The position numbers and the translations under genes are program-made. The notes beneath the pieces were generated by a model. It was not told where the DNA came from. It made no database searches and saw only the letters and a program-made list of their open reading frames with translations. DNA of 64,000 bases from NCBI GenBank assembly GCA_003241645.1, contig QFOX01000009.1, forward strand, positions 2,534 to 66,533, read 5' to 3'. Positions 21,332-32,285 of this stretch are shown piece by piece. How positions within the stretch are numbered: position 1 is the stretch's first letter; each line of letters opens with the position of its first letter. Source of the stretch: Azospirillum brasilense. GTDB taxonomy: Bacteria > Pseudomonadota > Alphaproteobacteria > Rickettsiales > UBA3002.

Positions 21332-21835
21332 TCAGCGTTCCTCCATCAGGCGCAGGCGGGTCTGGTCGGCGCTGCGGTGCATCATGTAATGGATCGCGAG
21401 GTACGCGATGATGATATGGAACAGCAGCCACGCGATGGGCTGGTGGTACAGCGGCTCAAGGAACTGCGCGCCAATGGTCACGAAGGCGAGGATCACCATG
21501 GGCCCCAGCCAGTACGGGAGAATGGCCGAGAAGTTGGTGTAGAGCCCCCCGTCGCGCAGCAGGGCGAAACGGTAACGCGGCACACCGAGATGGGTGAGCA
21601 GCACCGCCGCGCCCACGCGGGCGGCCAGCTCGCTGCAGAATTTCAGCCAGGTGCGACCTTCGGTGGCGGTGCTGGCGCCATAATCGCCCATGCGCGCCGA
21701 GCCGAGCACCAGCTCGATGATGGTCATGCCGTTGAGGAAACAGACCACGAAATAGAGCAGCGCATAGAATACGAGGAAGCACAGCGTTACGCGCAGTACC
21801 AGATCCCAGCTCGGCTTGGTGAGGGTGTTGTTCAT
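21332..21835 (-). CDS. Hypothetical small integral membrane protein inserted between ilvI and ilvH
   Basis: 167-aa ORF with 3-4 hydrophobic helices. There are 17 nt after the ilvI stop, and its own stop is 1 nt before the ilvH ATG. Confidence 0.55.
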   Translation of the reverse strand: MNNTLTKPSWDLVLRVTLCFLVFYALLYFVVCFLNGMTIIELVLGSARMGDYGASTATEGRTWLKFCSELAARVGAAVLLTHLGVPRYRFALLRDGGLYTNFSAILPYWLGPMVILAFVTIGAQFLEPLYHQPIAWLLFHIIIAYLAIHYMMHRSADQTRLRLMEER

Positions 21836-21852
21836 GCCGTATCCGTCTAGCC

Positions 21853-23604
21853 TTATACTTGGTTCTTATCAAGCTCGCGCTTGCCGTCGGCCGGGCTGAG
21901 CACAAGTTCGTGGTGGGCCGCACCTGCGGGGATCATCGGGTACACGTTCTCGTTGGGGTCCACCCAGCAATCCAGCAGCACCGGACCGGGATGGGCCAGC
22001 GCGTCCTTGATCGCCTCGTCGAGCTTCGCGGGGTCTTTCACGCGAATGCCGCGCATGCCGAAGCTTTCGGCCAGCTTCACGAAGTCGGGCAGGCTATCCA
22101 TGTAGGATTCCGAATAGCGGCTGGAATAGAACATTTCCTGCCACTGGCGCACCATGCCCATGTACTGGTTGTTGAGGATGAAGATCTTCACCGGCAGGCG
22201 GTACTGCACGGCGGTGCTCATTTCCTGGATATTCATGAGGAAGCTGGATTCGCCCGTCACGCACACGACCGGGTTCTTCGGGTGCGCGATCTGCACGCCG
22301 ATGGCGGCGGGGAACCCATAGCCCATGGTGCCGAGGCCGCCGCTGGTCATCCAGCGGTTGGGCTTGTCGTAGAGGATATGCTGCGCGGCCCACATCTGGT
22401 GCTGCCCCACGTCGGTGGTGATGTAGAAGTCTTTCTTGGCCAGATGGTGGTTCATGCGGCGCAGCGCGTGCTGCGGCTTGATGGTTCGGCCCGTCTGCTT
22501 ATAGCCGAAGCTATCCTTGGCGCGCCAGCCATCCACCTGTTTCCACCATTTCGCGAGCGCTTCCTTTTGCGGCTGCAGTTTCTTCTTGCGCCACAGCGCG
22601 ATCATCATGTCGAGCACTTCGCCCGCATCGCCCACGATCGGCACATCGACGGCCACGATCTTGTTGATGGAACTGGCATCGAGATCGACATGAATCTTCT
22701 TCGATTTGGTGCTGAACGCATCCAGCCGCCCGGTCACGCGGTCATCGAAGCGCGCGCCGATATTGATCATCACGTCGCACTCGCTCATGCACATGTTCGC
22801 CTCCAGCGAACCATGCATGCCGAGCATGCCGAGGAATTGCTTGTCGGTGCCGGGGAATGCGCCAAGGCCCATCAGCGTGGTCGTCACCGGGAAGCCGGTC
22901 ATGCGCGCGAATTTCACCAGCGCTTCGCTGGCCGCGGGGCCGGCATTCACCACGCCGCCGCCCACGTAGAACACGGGCTTCTTGGCTTTGGCCATCAGAT
23001 CCACCGCGCGCTCGATCCAGCGTGCATCGGGCTTTTTCACGGGCTTGTAGCTCTGGCGGCGCGGCTCTTCCTTGCCTTTGTACAGGCCGGTGGCGTTGAG
23101 CACGTCCTTCGGGATATCGACCAGCACCGGGCCGGGGCGACCCGTTTGCGCCACATGGAACGCCTCGTTGAGGATGCGGCCAAGGTCGTTCACGTTCTTC
23201 ACGAGGTAATTGTGCTTGGTGGCGCTGCGGGTGATGCCGACCACGTCGGCCTCCTGGAACGCGTCCGAGCCGATGAGGTGCGTGGGCACCTGGCCCGTAA
23301 TGCACACCAGCGGAATGGAATCCATCAGCGCGTCGGCCAGCGCCGTCACGGTGTTGGTGGCGCCGGGGCCGGAGGTCACCATCAGCACGCCGACCTTGCC
23401 GGTGGAACGCGCATAGCCCTCGGCCGCATGGCCCGCGCCCTGTTCGTGGCGCACAAGGATGTGGCGCAGCTTGTTCTGTTTGAACAGCGCATCGTACACG
23501 GGCAGCACCGCCCCGCCCGGATAGCCGAACACCACGTCGGTGCCGTTATCCAGCATGGCTTGGATGACGATCTCTGCCCCGGTCAATTCACGCGCTTCAG
23601 TCAT
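21853..23604 (-). CDS. ilvI: Acetolactate synthase large (catalytic) subunit
   Basis: TGAEIVIQAMLDNGTDVVFGYPGGAVLPVYDAL...GLGTMGYGFPAAIGVQIA...GESSFLMNIQE are ThDP-binding AHAS motifs. Confidence 0.96.
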   Translation of the reverse strand: MTEARELTGAEIVIQAMLDNGTDVVFGYPGGAVLPVYDALFKQNKLRHILVRHEQGAGHAAEGYARSTGKVGVLMVTSGPGATNTVTALADALMDSIPLVCITGQVPTHLIGSDAFQEADVVGITRSATKHNYLVKNVNDLGRILNEAFHVAQTGRPGPVLVDIPKDVLNATGLYKGKEEPRRQSYKPVKKPDARWIERAVDLMAKAKKPVFYVGGGVVNAGPAASEALVKFARMTGFPVTTTLMGLGAFPGTDKQFLGMLGMHGSLEANMCMSECDVMINIGARFDDRVTGRLDAFSTKSKKIHVDLDASSINKIVAVDVPIVGDAGEVLDMMIALWRKKKLQPQKEALAKWWKQVDGWRAKDSFGYKQTGRTIKPQHALRRMNHHLAKKDFYITTDVGQHQMWAAQHILYDKPNRWMTSGGLGTMGYGFPAAIGVQIAHPKNPVVCVTGESSFLMNIQEMSTAVQYRLPVKIFILNNQYMGMVRQWQEMFYSSRYSESYMDSLPDFVKLAESFGMRGIRVKDPAKLDEAIKDALAHPGPVLLDCWVDPNENVYPMIPAGAAHHELVLSPADGKRELDKNQV

Positions 23605-23676
23605 GGTTACCCCTTGATTTCAAGGGGCCTTTGATAGCAGACCCGGCAAAAACTGCAAATGGTTCGGGCGCGGGGC

Positions 23677-25761
23677 CTAATTTGCCCGGCTGCGGCCCGG
23701 GGCCTCGGCGAAGAACTGCAGGCATTCCGCCAATCCTTCGGCGTTGAATTGCGGATCGCGCCACTGCGCGTTCTTTTTGCCCGCCTGCGGTTCTTTCTCA
23801 GGAATCTCGCCGCCGGGGAACATGGCCACGGTATTATCGAGCAACCCAAGCGCACGGCCGGTGACTTCTGCGTTCAACTCAATATCCTCGTTCAGCAGGC
23901 GTTTTGCGGCGCGCTTGCCAAGCTTATCGCTATGCGAAACTTTATCGGAGAAGCGCGGGCCCATCGCTTTGGGGTCATGCACAAAATTGCGTGCCGTATG
24001 CTGACGTGAATAATCACGTGCCGCATATTCGATGCATTGCTCATACAGCCCGGGAATGAACGGGTTATCCGCTAGATCGGCCGGGATGCCGTGGTTTGCA
24101 GCCACGTTACGCATCATGTCGGCCGCCAGGCGGGGAATACCGGCCTTCTGCTCCTCGGTCAACTGGTTGTAGTGGCGCCCGGCATGGTTACCGACGGACA
24201 TCATCGCATAAAGGCCGAAATCGTCATACGCGCCATCGGTCATCTCCAGGCACCAGTCGGAAGCCGTCTGGTACGAGGCATAGGCAAAATCCAGCTTCTT
24301 CTCCAGCGCGGCGAACCCTTCGCGCGTTTCCTTGCTGTTGAAGCCTGCATTGCGCTGCATGGCCACCATGGATTGGCCAAGATCATGCACGTAATCGCGC
24401 ATGAGCAACAAGGTTACCGGCTCGTCGCAGGCATACATGACCTGAAAGGCCTCATGGCTGATCGCGACATCCAGCTTATCCAGCATTTGCTCCATGGAAT
24501 GGCAGCCTTCGACCTTGGCGCGCCATTGCTTGGTGCGGTCGTGGAATATCTTCTCGGCACGCTCCATGCTGCCGATCTGCAGTGCCATCAGGTCGCTGAA
24601 GTTCCGCCCGTCGGACCAGTTCAGCTTCGCCTCGCGCTCCCATGCATGAAAACGCCGCGGCAACCCGGCGCGCGTGGTGCTGGCCGCATGCGCCGTTGCC
24701 TGCTCGATCTGCTCGGCGACGTCGTTGGGCACACCGCAGGCCTGATTGATTTCGGCGGCAAGCCAGTCCAGCACATCCGGCAAGGCGGCCTGATAGGGTG
24801 CGTCCTTCACCATGCCCGCCACATGCTGCATCACGTCGCGGTAATGGTCGCTCGTGGTCTGGGTCAGCAGTGCGTCATCCACCTCGTCCTGATGGCGGAA
24901 TGCGTTGAAACTGCGGCGCGTCGCCAGCGTTTCGGCCAGCACGCCCACCTGCCACATCACCGGGTGGGGAAACTTGTCCTCGGCATAGGTCATGCCGAAG
25001 CGGTGGTTGAGGAATTCGCGGAACAGCACCTGGCCCTGCTGGATGATCTCATCACCGGTCATCTCAACCTTGAAGCGCTGCTTTTTGTGCGCACCGTTGA
25101 GGTGGCTGAACAGCGCATCACTGCGCGCCGCGCGTTCGTGGTGATCCTGCGGCACGCCTTCTTCACGGGGGTGTGCGCCTGCAGCTTTTTCTTCCATTTC
25201 GGCCACGCGCTGTTCACGCAGGGTTTCTTCGGCCCAGTCCACCAGGTTGCCGGTGCTTCCGGCGGTCTGCAGCAGGATGGAGCTTTTGAGGTTCCCCGCC
25301 GTCACAAAGCTTGCATCATACACATCAATCAGGCGGCGCATGTCTTTCTGCTGCTCGGCGCTCATCAGGCCCTTTTCACCGAGGATGCCGGTGACGGCGA
25401 TCACAAACTGATCGGCCAGTTCGCGCTTCATCTGCGCAGCGCGGAAATCATTGTTCGAGAAAAACAGCTCTTCTACTTTGCTGCGAATGTAGCGGTCGAA
25501 ATGCGTCAACATTTCCTGCGCCGTGTCCGATTGATCGGCAATGGTGTTGAGATGGGCTTTTTCTTCCTCCAGCTCCTCCAGCACTTCTTGAATATCAAAA
25601 TAGGTATGGTCGGGGAACTCACCCACCACCGCCGCGCGCAGTTTTGCGTTCCTTGGCTCAATCAGCGTTTTCGCCAAATGAATATCGTAGCTTTCCGCGG
25701 CCATATCCACCGCCGTACTCACCAAGCCTTTGATCGGTCCGAATTGCATGCCATTCCCCAT
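23677..25761 (-). CDS. Hypothetical protein (694 aa), predicted mostly helical, no recognisable domain
   Basis: Long ORF between miaA and ilvI on the same strand. It has no signal peptide, no TM segment and no motif I recognise. Confidence 0.6.
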   Translation of the reverse strand: MGNGMQFGPIKGLVSTAVDMAAESYDIHLAKTLIEPRNAKLRAAVVGEFPDHTYFDIQEVLEELEEEKAHLNTIADQSDTAQEMLTHFDRYIRSKVEELFFSNNDFRAAQMKRELADQFVIAVTGILGEKGLMSAEQQKDMRRLIDVYDASFVTAGNLKSSILLQTAGSTGNLVDWAEETLREQRVAEMEEKAAGAHPREEGVPQDHHERAARSDALFSHLNGAHKKQRFKVEMTGDEIIQQGQVLFREFLNHRFGMTYAEDKFPHPVMWQVGVLAETLATRRSFNAFRHQDEVDDALLTQTTSDHYRDVMQHVAGMVKDAPYQAALPDVLDWLAAEINQACGVPNDVAEQIEQATAHAASTTRAGLPRRFHAWEREAKLNWSDGRNFSDLMALQIGSMERAEKIFHDRTKQWRAKVEGCHSMEQMLDKLDVAISHEAFQVMYACDEPVTLLLMRDYVHDLGQSMVAMQRNAGFNSKETREGFAALEKKLDFAYASYQTASDWCLEMTDGAYDDFGLYAMMSVGNHAGRHYNQLTEEQKAGIPRLAADMMRNVAANHGIPADLADNPFIPGLYEQCIEYAARDYSRQHTARNFVHDPKAMGPRFSDKVSHSDKLGKRAAKRLLNEDIELNAEVTGRALGLLDNTVAMFPGGEIPEKEPQAGKKNAQWRDPQFNAEGLAECLQFFAEAPGRSRAN

Positions 25762-25808
25762 TATTTTTGGGGCGAGATTAGCGCGGCGATGCGCAGGGTG
25801 TGTGACAG

Positions 25809-26696
25809 TTACAAGAAGATTGCCGGGTGGTCCGTAGGGCTTAAGGCTTGCGCATCCGCCGCCTGGTGGCGCAGCCAGGTCATCTGCCGTTTGGCGTAGT
25901 TGCGCGTGTTCTGCTGGGCCTTGGCCACGGCGTCCTCGCGCGTCATGCTGCCCTGCAGGTAGGCGGCCAGTTCCGGTGCACCATGGGCGCGCAGCACGGG
26001 CGTATCGGCCGGTAGCTCCAGCGCCATCAGGGCGCGCACTTCGTCCAGCGCGCCCTGCAGCATCATCTGTTCAAAGCGCGCATCCAGCCGTGCATAGAGC
26101 ACCGCGCGCGGCAGGTTGAGATACGCCACATGGAAGGTCGCCTGCGGAAAAAGCGGTGCCGTGCGCTGCGCCTGCCAGTGCTGCAGGGTCTGCCCCGTGG
26201 CGCGCCAGACCTCCAGCGCGCGCGCCAGCCGCTGGGTGTCGCCGGGCTTGTAATGCGCGGCACTTTCCGGCGCTTCCGCCTGCAACGCGGCATACAGCGC
26301 GGCACTGTCCATGGCCCGCACCTGCGCGCGCACATGCTCGGGCACGGGCGGCATATCCGCCAGCCCATGGCGCAGCGCGTTGATGTACATGCCCGTGCCA
26401 CCCACCAGCAGCGGGTATTGCCCCTCGGCCCATGCCTGCGCAATCACCGGGCGCACCAGTGCCAGCCAGCGCGCCACCGAGGTGGGCTCCGCCGCCGGGA
26501 GTACACCATACAGCGCATGCGGGGCTTGCGCTTCTTCCTGCACCGTGGGGCGCGCGGTCAGCACGCGCAGCTCGGCCACCATCTGCATCGCGTCGGCATT
26601 GATGATGACAGTCGGCCGCTGTTGCGCTACACGAAGCGCCATTGCCGACTTGCCCGTGCCGGTCGGCCCCATCAACACCCCGATCGTCTGATTCAT
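25809..26696 (-). CDS. miaA: tRNA dimethylallyltransferase
   Basis: MNQTIGVLMGPTGTGKSAMALRVAQ... (P-loop), ...HALYGV..., ...AKRQMTWLRH. The ORF-track extension to 27638 is antisense to serB and is not part of the gene. Confidence 0.9.
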   Translation of the reverse strand: MNQTIGVLMGPTGTGKSAMALRVAQQRPTVIINADAMQMVAELRVLTARPTVQEEAQAPHALYGVLPAAEPTSVARWLALVRPVIAQAWAEGQYPLLVGGTGMYINALRHGLADMPPVPEHVRAQVRAMDSAALYAALQAEAPESAAHYKPGDTQRLARALEVWRATGQTLQHWQAQRTAPLFPQATFHVAYLNLPRAVLYARLDARFEQMMLQGALDEVRALMALELPADTPVLRAHGAPELAAYLQGSMTREDAVAKAQQNTRNYAKRQMTWLRHQAADAQALSPTDHPAIFL

Positions 26697-27575
26697 ATGC
26701 GCCACGTTGTTACCCTGATTTCCTCGCCCGGCACCGTACTGGAGCTTGCGCCGTTTGTCACCCTGCTCGGCCAGCATGACCAATGCGTGTGGCTGGAGGA
26801 AGGCCACGCCGCCGACCTGTATTACACCCTGCCGATCGCGCCGATGCTGCGCAGCATGCTGCAGCATATCTGCAGCAATCTGGGGGTGGATTGCATCGTC
26901 CAGCGACGCGAGGGGCGCGAGAAGAAACTGCTCATCTCCGACATGGACTCGACCATGATCGCGCAGGAATGCATCGACGAGCTGGCCGATAAAGTGGGCT
27001 TGCGCGCCCATGTATCTGCCATTACCGAGCGCGCCATGCGCGGCGAGCTGGATTTCAAGGCCGCCCTGCGCGAACGCGTGGCCCTGCTGAAGGACCTGCC
27101 CGCCGCCGCGCTGGAGGAAGTCTATGCCACGCGCATCACGCTCATGCCCGGCGCGCGCGCACTGGTGCAAACCATGCGCCAGCGTGGGGCGCATTGCGTG
27201 CTGGTCTCCGGCGGGTTCACGTTCTTCACGCAGCGCGTGGCCAAGGCCATCGGCTTCCATGCGGATGAGGCGAACCGGCTGGTGCTGCGCGACGGGCTGC
27301 TCACCGGCGAGGTGGAAGAACCAATCCTTGATAAAGAGAGCAAACGCGAAAGCCTGCTGCGCCATGCCACCGCCAAAGGCGTGCCGCTGGCGCGCAGCAT
27401 GGCGGTGGGCGACGGGGCGAATGACCTGCCCATGCTGCAAACGGCGGGGCTGGGCGTGGCGTTCCATGCGAAGCCGATCGTGGCGGAAGTGGCGCATGCG
27501 AGCATTCGCTTCAACGACCTGACCGCGCTGCTGTTCGCGCAAGGCATTCCCAAGCACGATTGGGTACTCAACTAA
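26697..27575 (+). CDS. serB: Phosphoserine phosphatase (HAD family)
   Basis: LLISDMDSTMIAQECIDELA (DxDxT), VSGGFTFF, AVGDGANDLPML. The start ATG at 26697 directly abuts the miaA start codon on the other strand. Confidence 0.88.
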   Translation: MRHVVTLISSPGTVLELAPFVTLLGQHDQCVWLEEGHAADLYYTLPIAPMLRSMLQHICSNLGVDCIVQRREGREKKLLISDMDSTMIAQECIDELADKVGLRAHVSAITERAMRGELDFKAALRERVALLKDLPAAALEEVYATRITLMPGARALVQTMRQRGAHCVLVSGGFTFFTQRVAKAIGFHADEANRLVLRDGLLTGEVEEPILDKESKRESLLRHATAKGVPLARSMAVGDGANDLPMLQTAGLGVAFHAKPIVAEVAHASIRFNDLTALLFAQGIPKHDWVLN

Positions 27576-27594
27576 TCCTCGTATAAAAGGGCAC

Positions 27595-27671
27595 GGCGCG
27601 TAGGCGCAAGCCGAGCCGCGAAGCGAGGGGGTCAGCACCGAAGGTGCGAAGGGCGGCGGAACGCCCCCTTC
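27595..27671 (+). repeat. REP-like intergenic repeat, copy R1
   Basis: ggcgcgtaggcgcaagccgagccgcgaagcgagggggtcagc...gaagggcggcggaacgcccccttc. It is near-identical in core to 36078..36163 and to the reverse complement of 51013..51092. Confidence 0.75.
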
Positions 27672-27739
27672 TCTTTACTCGTCACCTCCGCCTGCGCGGG
27701 GATGACGGGTTCGTAAGCGCGCGCGCTAACTCAAACCCG

Positions 27740-29185
<1,446 letters not shown>

Positions 29186-29256
29186 ACCATCCTCATTGCA
29201 ATCATTGGTCGGGTGCACGCGCGGCTGATACGGCGCAGCGCGCGTGGTCCCTGCGG

Positions 29257-30177
29257 CTAGGGGTTCAGCTCTTTCAGGAATTCTCCGTCGGGGCTGAGCA
29301 CCATGGTGGTGTCGCCCTGCTTCAGCGTGCGCTTATAGGCCTGCATGGAGCGGTAGAATTTGAAGAATTCCGGATCGCGGCCATAAGCGCTGGCGTAGAT
29401 CTTCGCGGCTTCGCCGTCGCCTTCCCCGCGAATGGTCTCCGCCTTGCGGCGTGCTTCGGCGACGATCTCGGTGCGCTCACGCTCCGCGCCGGAGCGAATG
29501 GCCAGCGCCTTCTCTTCCCCTTCCGCGCGGAAGCGCTGGGCTTCCTTGGTGAAGTCCTTGCGCATGCGTTCGTACGTCGATTGCGAAATGTCGCTGGGCA
29601 GGTCGGCACGCATGATGCGCACATCCACCACCTCGATACCGAAACCGCTGACGCGGCGCGCCGCGGGTGTGTCGCCGGTTGCTTCGCGGGCTTCGGCGGC
29701 GCGGGCCTGCGCGTTCACGTTGTACTGGATCTGGTCCATGATCTGCGAACGCTTGTCGGAAAGCAGGTCGGAGAGTGAATGGTTCGCCAGCACCCGGCGC
29801 ATGCTGGACAGCACGATCGAGTTCAGGCGGTTATTCAGGTTCGCCTCGTTCTTCACGGCTTTGTAGAATTGCGCCGGATCGGTGATGCGGTAGCGCACGA
29901 ACGCATCGATCACCACGCGTTCTTCCACGTCGGTCTGGCGGTTCTTGGTGATGAATTCCGCGGGCTGCGCCTTGAAATCAAGGATGCGCTTATCGAAGAA
30001 CAGCACGTTCTGCACGAACGGCAGTTTGAAGTTCAGGCCCGGCTCTTTCACCACGCGCTTGATGTCACCGAACTGCAGCACGAGTGCTTGCTGCGTTTGC
30101 GGCACGATGAACATGGAGCCGGACAGAAGTACCAGCACCAGCAGGGCAGCAAGGCCAAATTTGATCAGCAGGTTCAT
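29257..30177 (-). CDS. hflC: Protease modulator HflC (SPFH/band 7)
   Basis: N-terminal TM segment plus an SPFH domain. It lies directly downstream of hflK and upstream of degP, a common alphaproteobacterial arrangement. Confidence 0.88.
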   Translation of the reverse strand: MNLLIKFGLAALLVLVLLSGSMFIVPQTQQALVLQFGDIKRVVKEPGLNFKLPFVQNVLFFDKRILDFKAQPAEFITKNRQTDVEERVVIDAFVRYRITDPAQFYKAVKNEANLNNRLNSIVLSSMRRVLANHSLSDLLSDKRSQIMDQIQYNVNAQARAAEAREATGDTPAARRVSGFGIEVVDVRIMRADLPSDISQSTYERMRKDFTKEAQRFRAEGEEKALAIRSGAERERTEIVAEARRKAETIRGEGDGEAAKIYASAYGRDPEFFKFYRSMQAYKRTLKQGDTTMVLSPDGEFLKELNP

Positions 30178-30186
30178 GGGTTGCTC

Positions 30187-31386
30187 CTATTGGGCGGCCG
30201 GGGTGGTGGAGATCGGGCGGGCGCTGGGCGCAGCCGCGGCGGGCGTGGGCATGGGCAGCATCTGCACCATGCCGCCATTGCCACGGGCGGCGGGGTCCAC
30301 GATCACCTTGGGCATGCCCTGCATCACCTCTTCCATCGTTTCCAGATAGAGGCGCTTCTTGGTCACGTCCTTAGCGAGGCTGTATTCCGCATAAATCTTG
30401 CTGAAACGCGCCACGTCCCCTTCCGCATCGGCGATCACGCGGGCTTTGTAGGCCAGCGCTTCCTGTTCCATTTGGGCTGCTTCCCCTTTGGCTTTGGGCA
30501 GCAGTTCGTTGCGGTAACCTTCCGCCACGGATTCGGCCGTTTCCTTGTTCTGCTCGGCACGCTTCACGTCCTGGAACTCATCGATCACCGGTTGCGGCAC
30601 GTCGGGGCGGCTCAGGTTCACCGCGATGATCTCGATGCCCGCATCGTACTCATCGAAGATGTTCTGCATGATGGTCTTGGTATCTTCCGCGATCTGCGAT
30701 TGCGCGGTGGTCAGCACATCGTCCAGCTTGTTGCGGCCGATCACCTCACGCATGGCCGATTCTGCCACGGGCTTGATGCTGCTTTCCGCATCGCGGATGT
30801 TGAACAGGAACTTCTCCGGCGCGGCGGCATCGATCTTCCACTGCACCTCGAAATCAATATCCACGATGTTGCGATCTTCGGTGAGCATCAGTCCTTCGCG
30901 GTTCTGCGGCAGGCCCGCGCCCATCACCGCATCGGCCGACAGGCGGGCGGTGCGCACCGTGGGGTTCTCGGCCGCACTGCCGCGATAGCCGATCTCGACC
31001 TTGTTCACCGAGGTCACGCTGGGGATGATGACCTGCTCCACCGGATACGGCAGGTGGTAATTCAGGCCGGGATTGGTGGTGCGCTCGTATTCACCGAAAC
31101 GCAGCACGATACCGAGCTCATCCGAATTCACGCGGTAGATGCCCGAGGCCAGCCATAGCACGAAAATGCCGAGGATGACCGCGAACGCGATGCGCTTTTC
31201 ATTGCCGTCATTCGGCGCGCCGTTGCCCAGCATGCCATGCATGCGTGCACGGCTTTGGCGCAACAGCTGGTCCAAATCCGGTTTCTGGCCGGGGCCTTGC
31301 GGGCGCTGGTTGTCGTTGCTGCCGGAACCGGTGGGACGCCCGCCGGGCAAGGGTTTTTTGCCCCAGGGGTTCGGTTGTTTGGTCAT
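30187..31386 (-). CDS. hflK: Protease modulator HflK (SPFH/band 7)
   Basis: Gly/Pro-rich N-terminus, a TM segment and an SPFH domain (GIVLRFGEY...NPGLNYHLPYPVE). Confidence 0.88.
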   Translation of the reverse strand: MTKQPNPWGKKPLPGGRPTGSGSNDNQRPQGPGQKPDLDQLLRQSRARMHGMLGNGAPNDGNEKRIAFAVILGIFVLWLASGIYRVNSDELGIVLRFGEYERTTNPGLNYHLPYPVEQVIIPSVTSVNKVEIGYRGSAAENPTVRTARLSADAVMGAGLPQNREGLMLTEDRNIVDIDFEVQWKIDAAAPEKFLFNIRDAESSIKPVAESAMREVIGRNKLDDVLTTAQSQIAEDTKTIMQNIFDEYDAGIEIIAVNLSRPDVPQPVIDEFQDVKRAEQNKETAESVAEGYRNELLPKAKGEAAQMEQEALAYKARVIADAEGDVARFSKIYAEYSLAKDVTKKRLYLETMEEVMQGMPKVIVDPAARGNGGMVQMLPMPTPAAAAPSARPISTTPAAQ

Positions 31387-31475
31387 GCGCTATCCTGTGC
31401 GGTCGGAATGGTTTTTCTTGCTGAAGCGTATCAGCCGCTTACATATAGAGGCATCAACGCCCCGCTTCAAGCAAC

Positions 31476-32285
31476 ATGGAACAGCCCGTGAACGACCCCC
31501 GCGCCAAAGCCGTCTGGAACACCAACCGCCTGCCCCATGTGGGCCGGGTCATCGCCATTGCCTCGGGCAAGGGCGGCGTCGGCAAATCCACCACCACGGT
31601 GAACCTTGCGCTGGCCTTGCTGCAGCAGGGCATGCGCGTGGGCGTGCTGGATGCCGATATTTACGGCCCCTCGATTCCCAGCATGCTGGGCCTGCGCAGC
31701 CACCCCCACCCCGACGTGAAGGACGGGCAGATGCTGCCGCTCGTTGGCATGGGCGTGCGCACCATGTCGATGGGGTTCATCGTCAAGAATCAGGCCGCCG
31801 TGCTGCGGGGGCCCATGATCAGCAAAACGCTGCAGCAATTCCTGCGCGGCGTGGCGTGGGGCACGAAAGCTTCGCCGCTGGATGTGCTGCTGATCGACCT
31901 GCCGCCCGGCACGGGTGATGTGCCGATCTCGCTGGCGCAGGCCGTGCCGCTGGATGGCGCCATCATCGTCACCACGCCGCAGGAACTCGCCGTGCTGGAT
32001 GCCGACAAAGCCGCGCAGATGTTCCGTAAGTTAGAGGTGCCCATTCTTGGGGTCATCGAGAATATGAGTTACTTCCTCGACCCGCAGGGGCAGGCGCACC
32101 ATTTGTTCGGCACGGGCGGCGGCGAAGGGCTCGCCAAGCAATACGCGGTGCCGTTCCTTGGTGAATTGCCGCTGGAGCCCGCCCTGGGTGCGGCGGCCGA
32201 TAAGGGAACGAATTATTTAAGCGACCACCCGAAGAGCGATACCACGCAAGCCTTCTGGCGCATCGCGGCGCGGCTACTTAGCTAG
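31476..32285 (+). CDS. Mrp/ApbC/NBP35-family Fe-S cluster carrier ATPase
   Basis: [24 protein letters not shown] (deviant Walker A), DLPPGTGD, and ENMSYF downstream. Confidence 0.88.
   Translation: MEQPVNDPRAKAVWNTNRLPHVGRVIAIASGKGGVGKSTTTVNLALALLQQGMRVGVLDADIYGPSIPSMLGLRSHPHPDVKDGQMLPLVGMGVRTMSMGFIVKNQAAVLRGPMISKTLQQFLRGVAWGTKASPLDVLLIDLPPGTGDVPISLAQAVPLDGAIIVTTPQELAVLDADKAAQMFRKLEVPILGVIENMSYFLDPQGQAHHLFGTGGGEGLAKQYAVPFLGELPLEPALGAAADKGTNYLSDHPKSDTTQAFWRIAARLLS

Noticed and set aside
26697-27638. N-terminal ~310-residue extension of the miaA ORF (track entry 25809..27638)
   Set aside because: The extension is antisense to serB, which has clear HAD motifs. MiaA homology begins at MNQTIGVLMGPTGTGKS (start 26696), which gives a normal ~295-aa protein.
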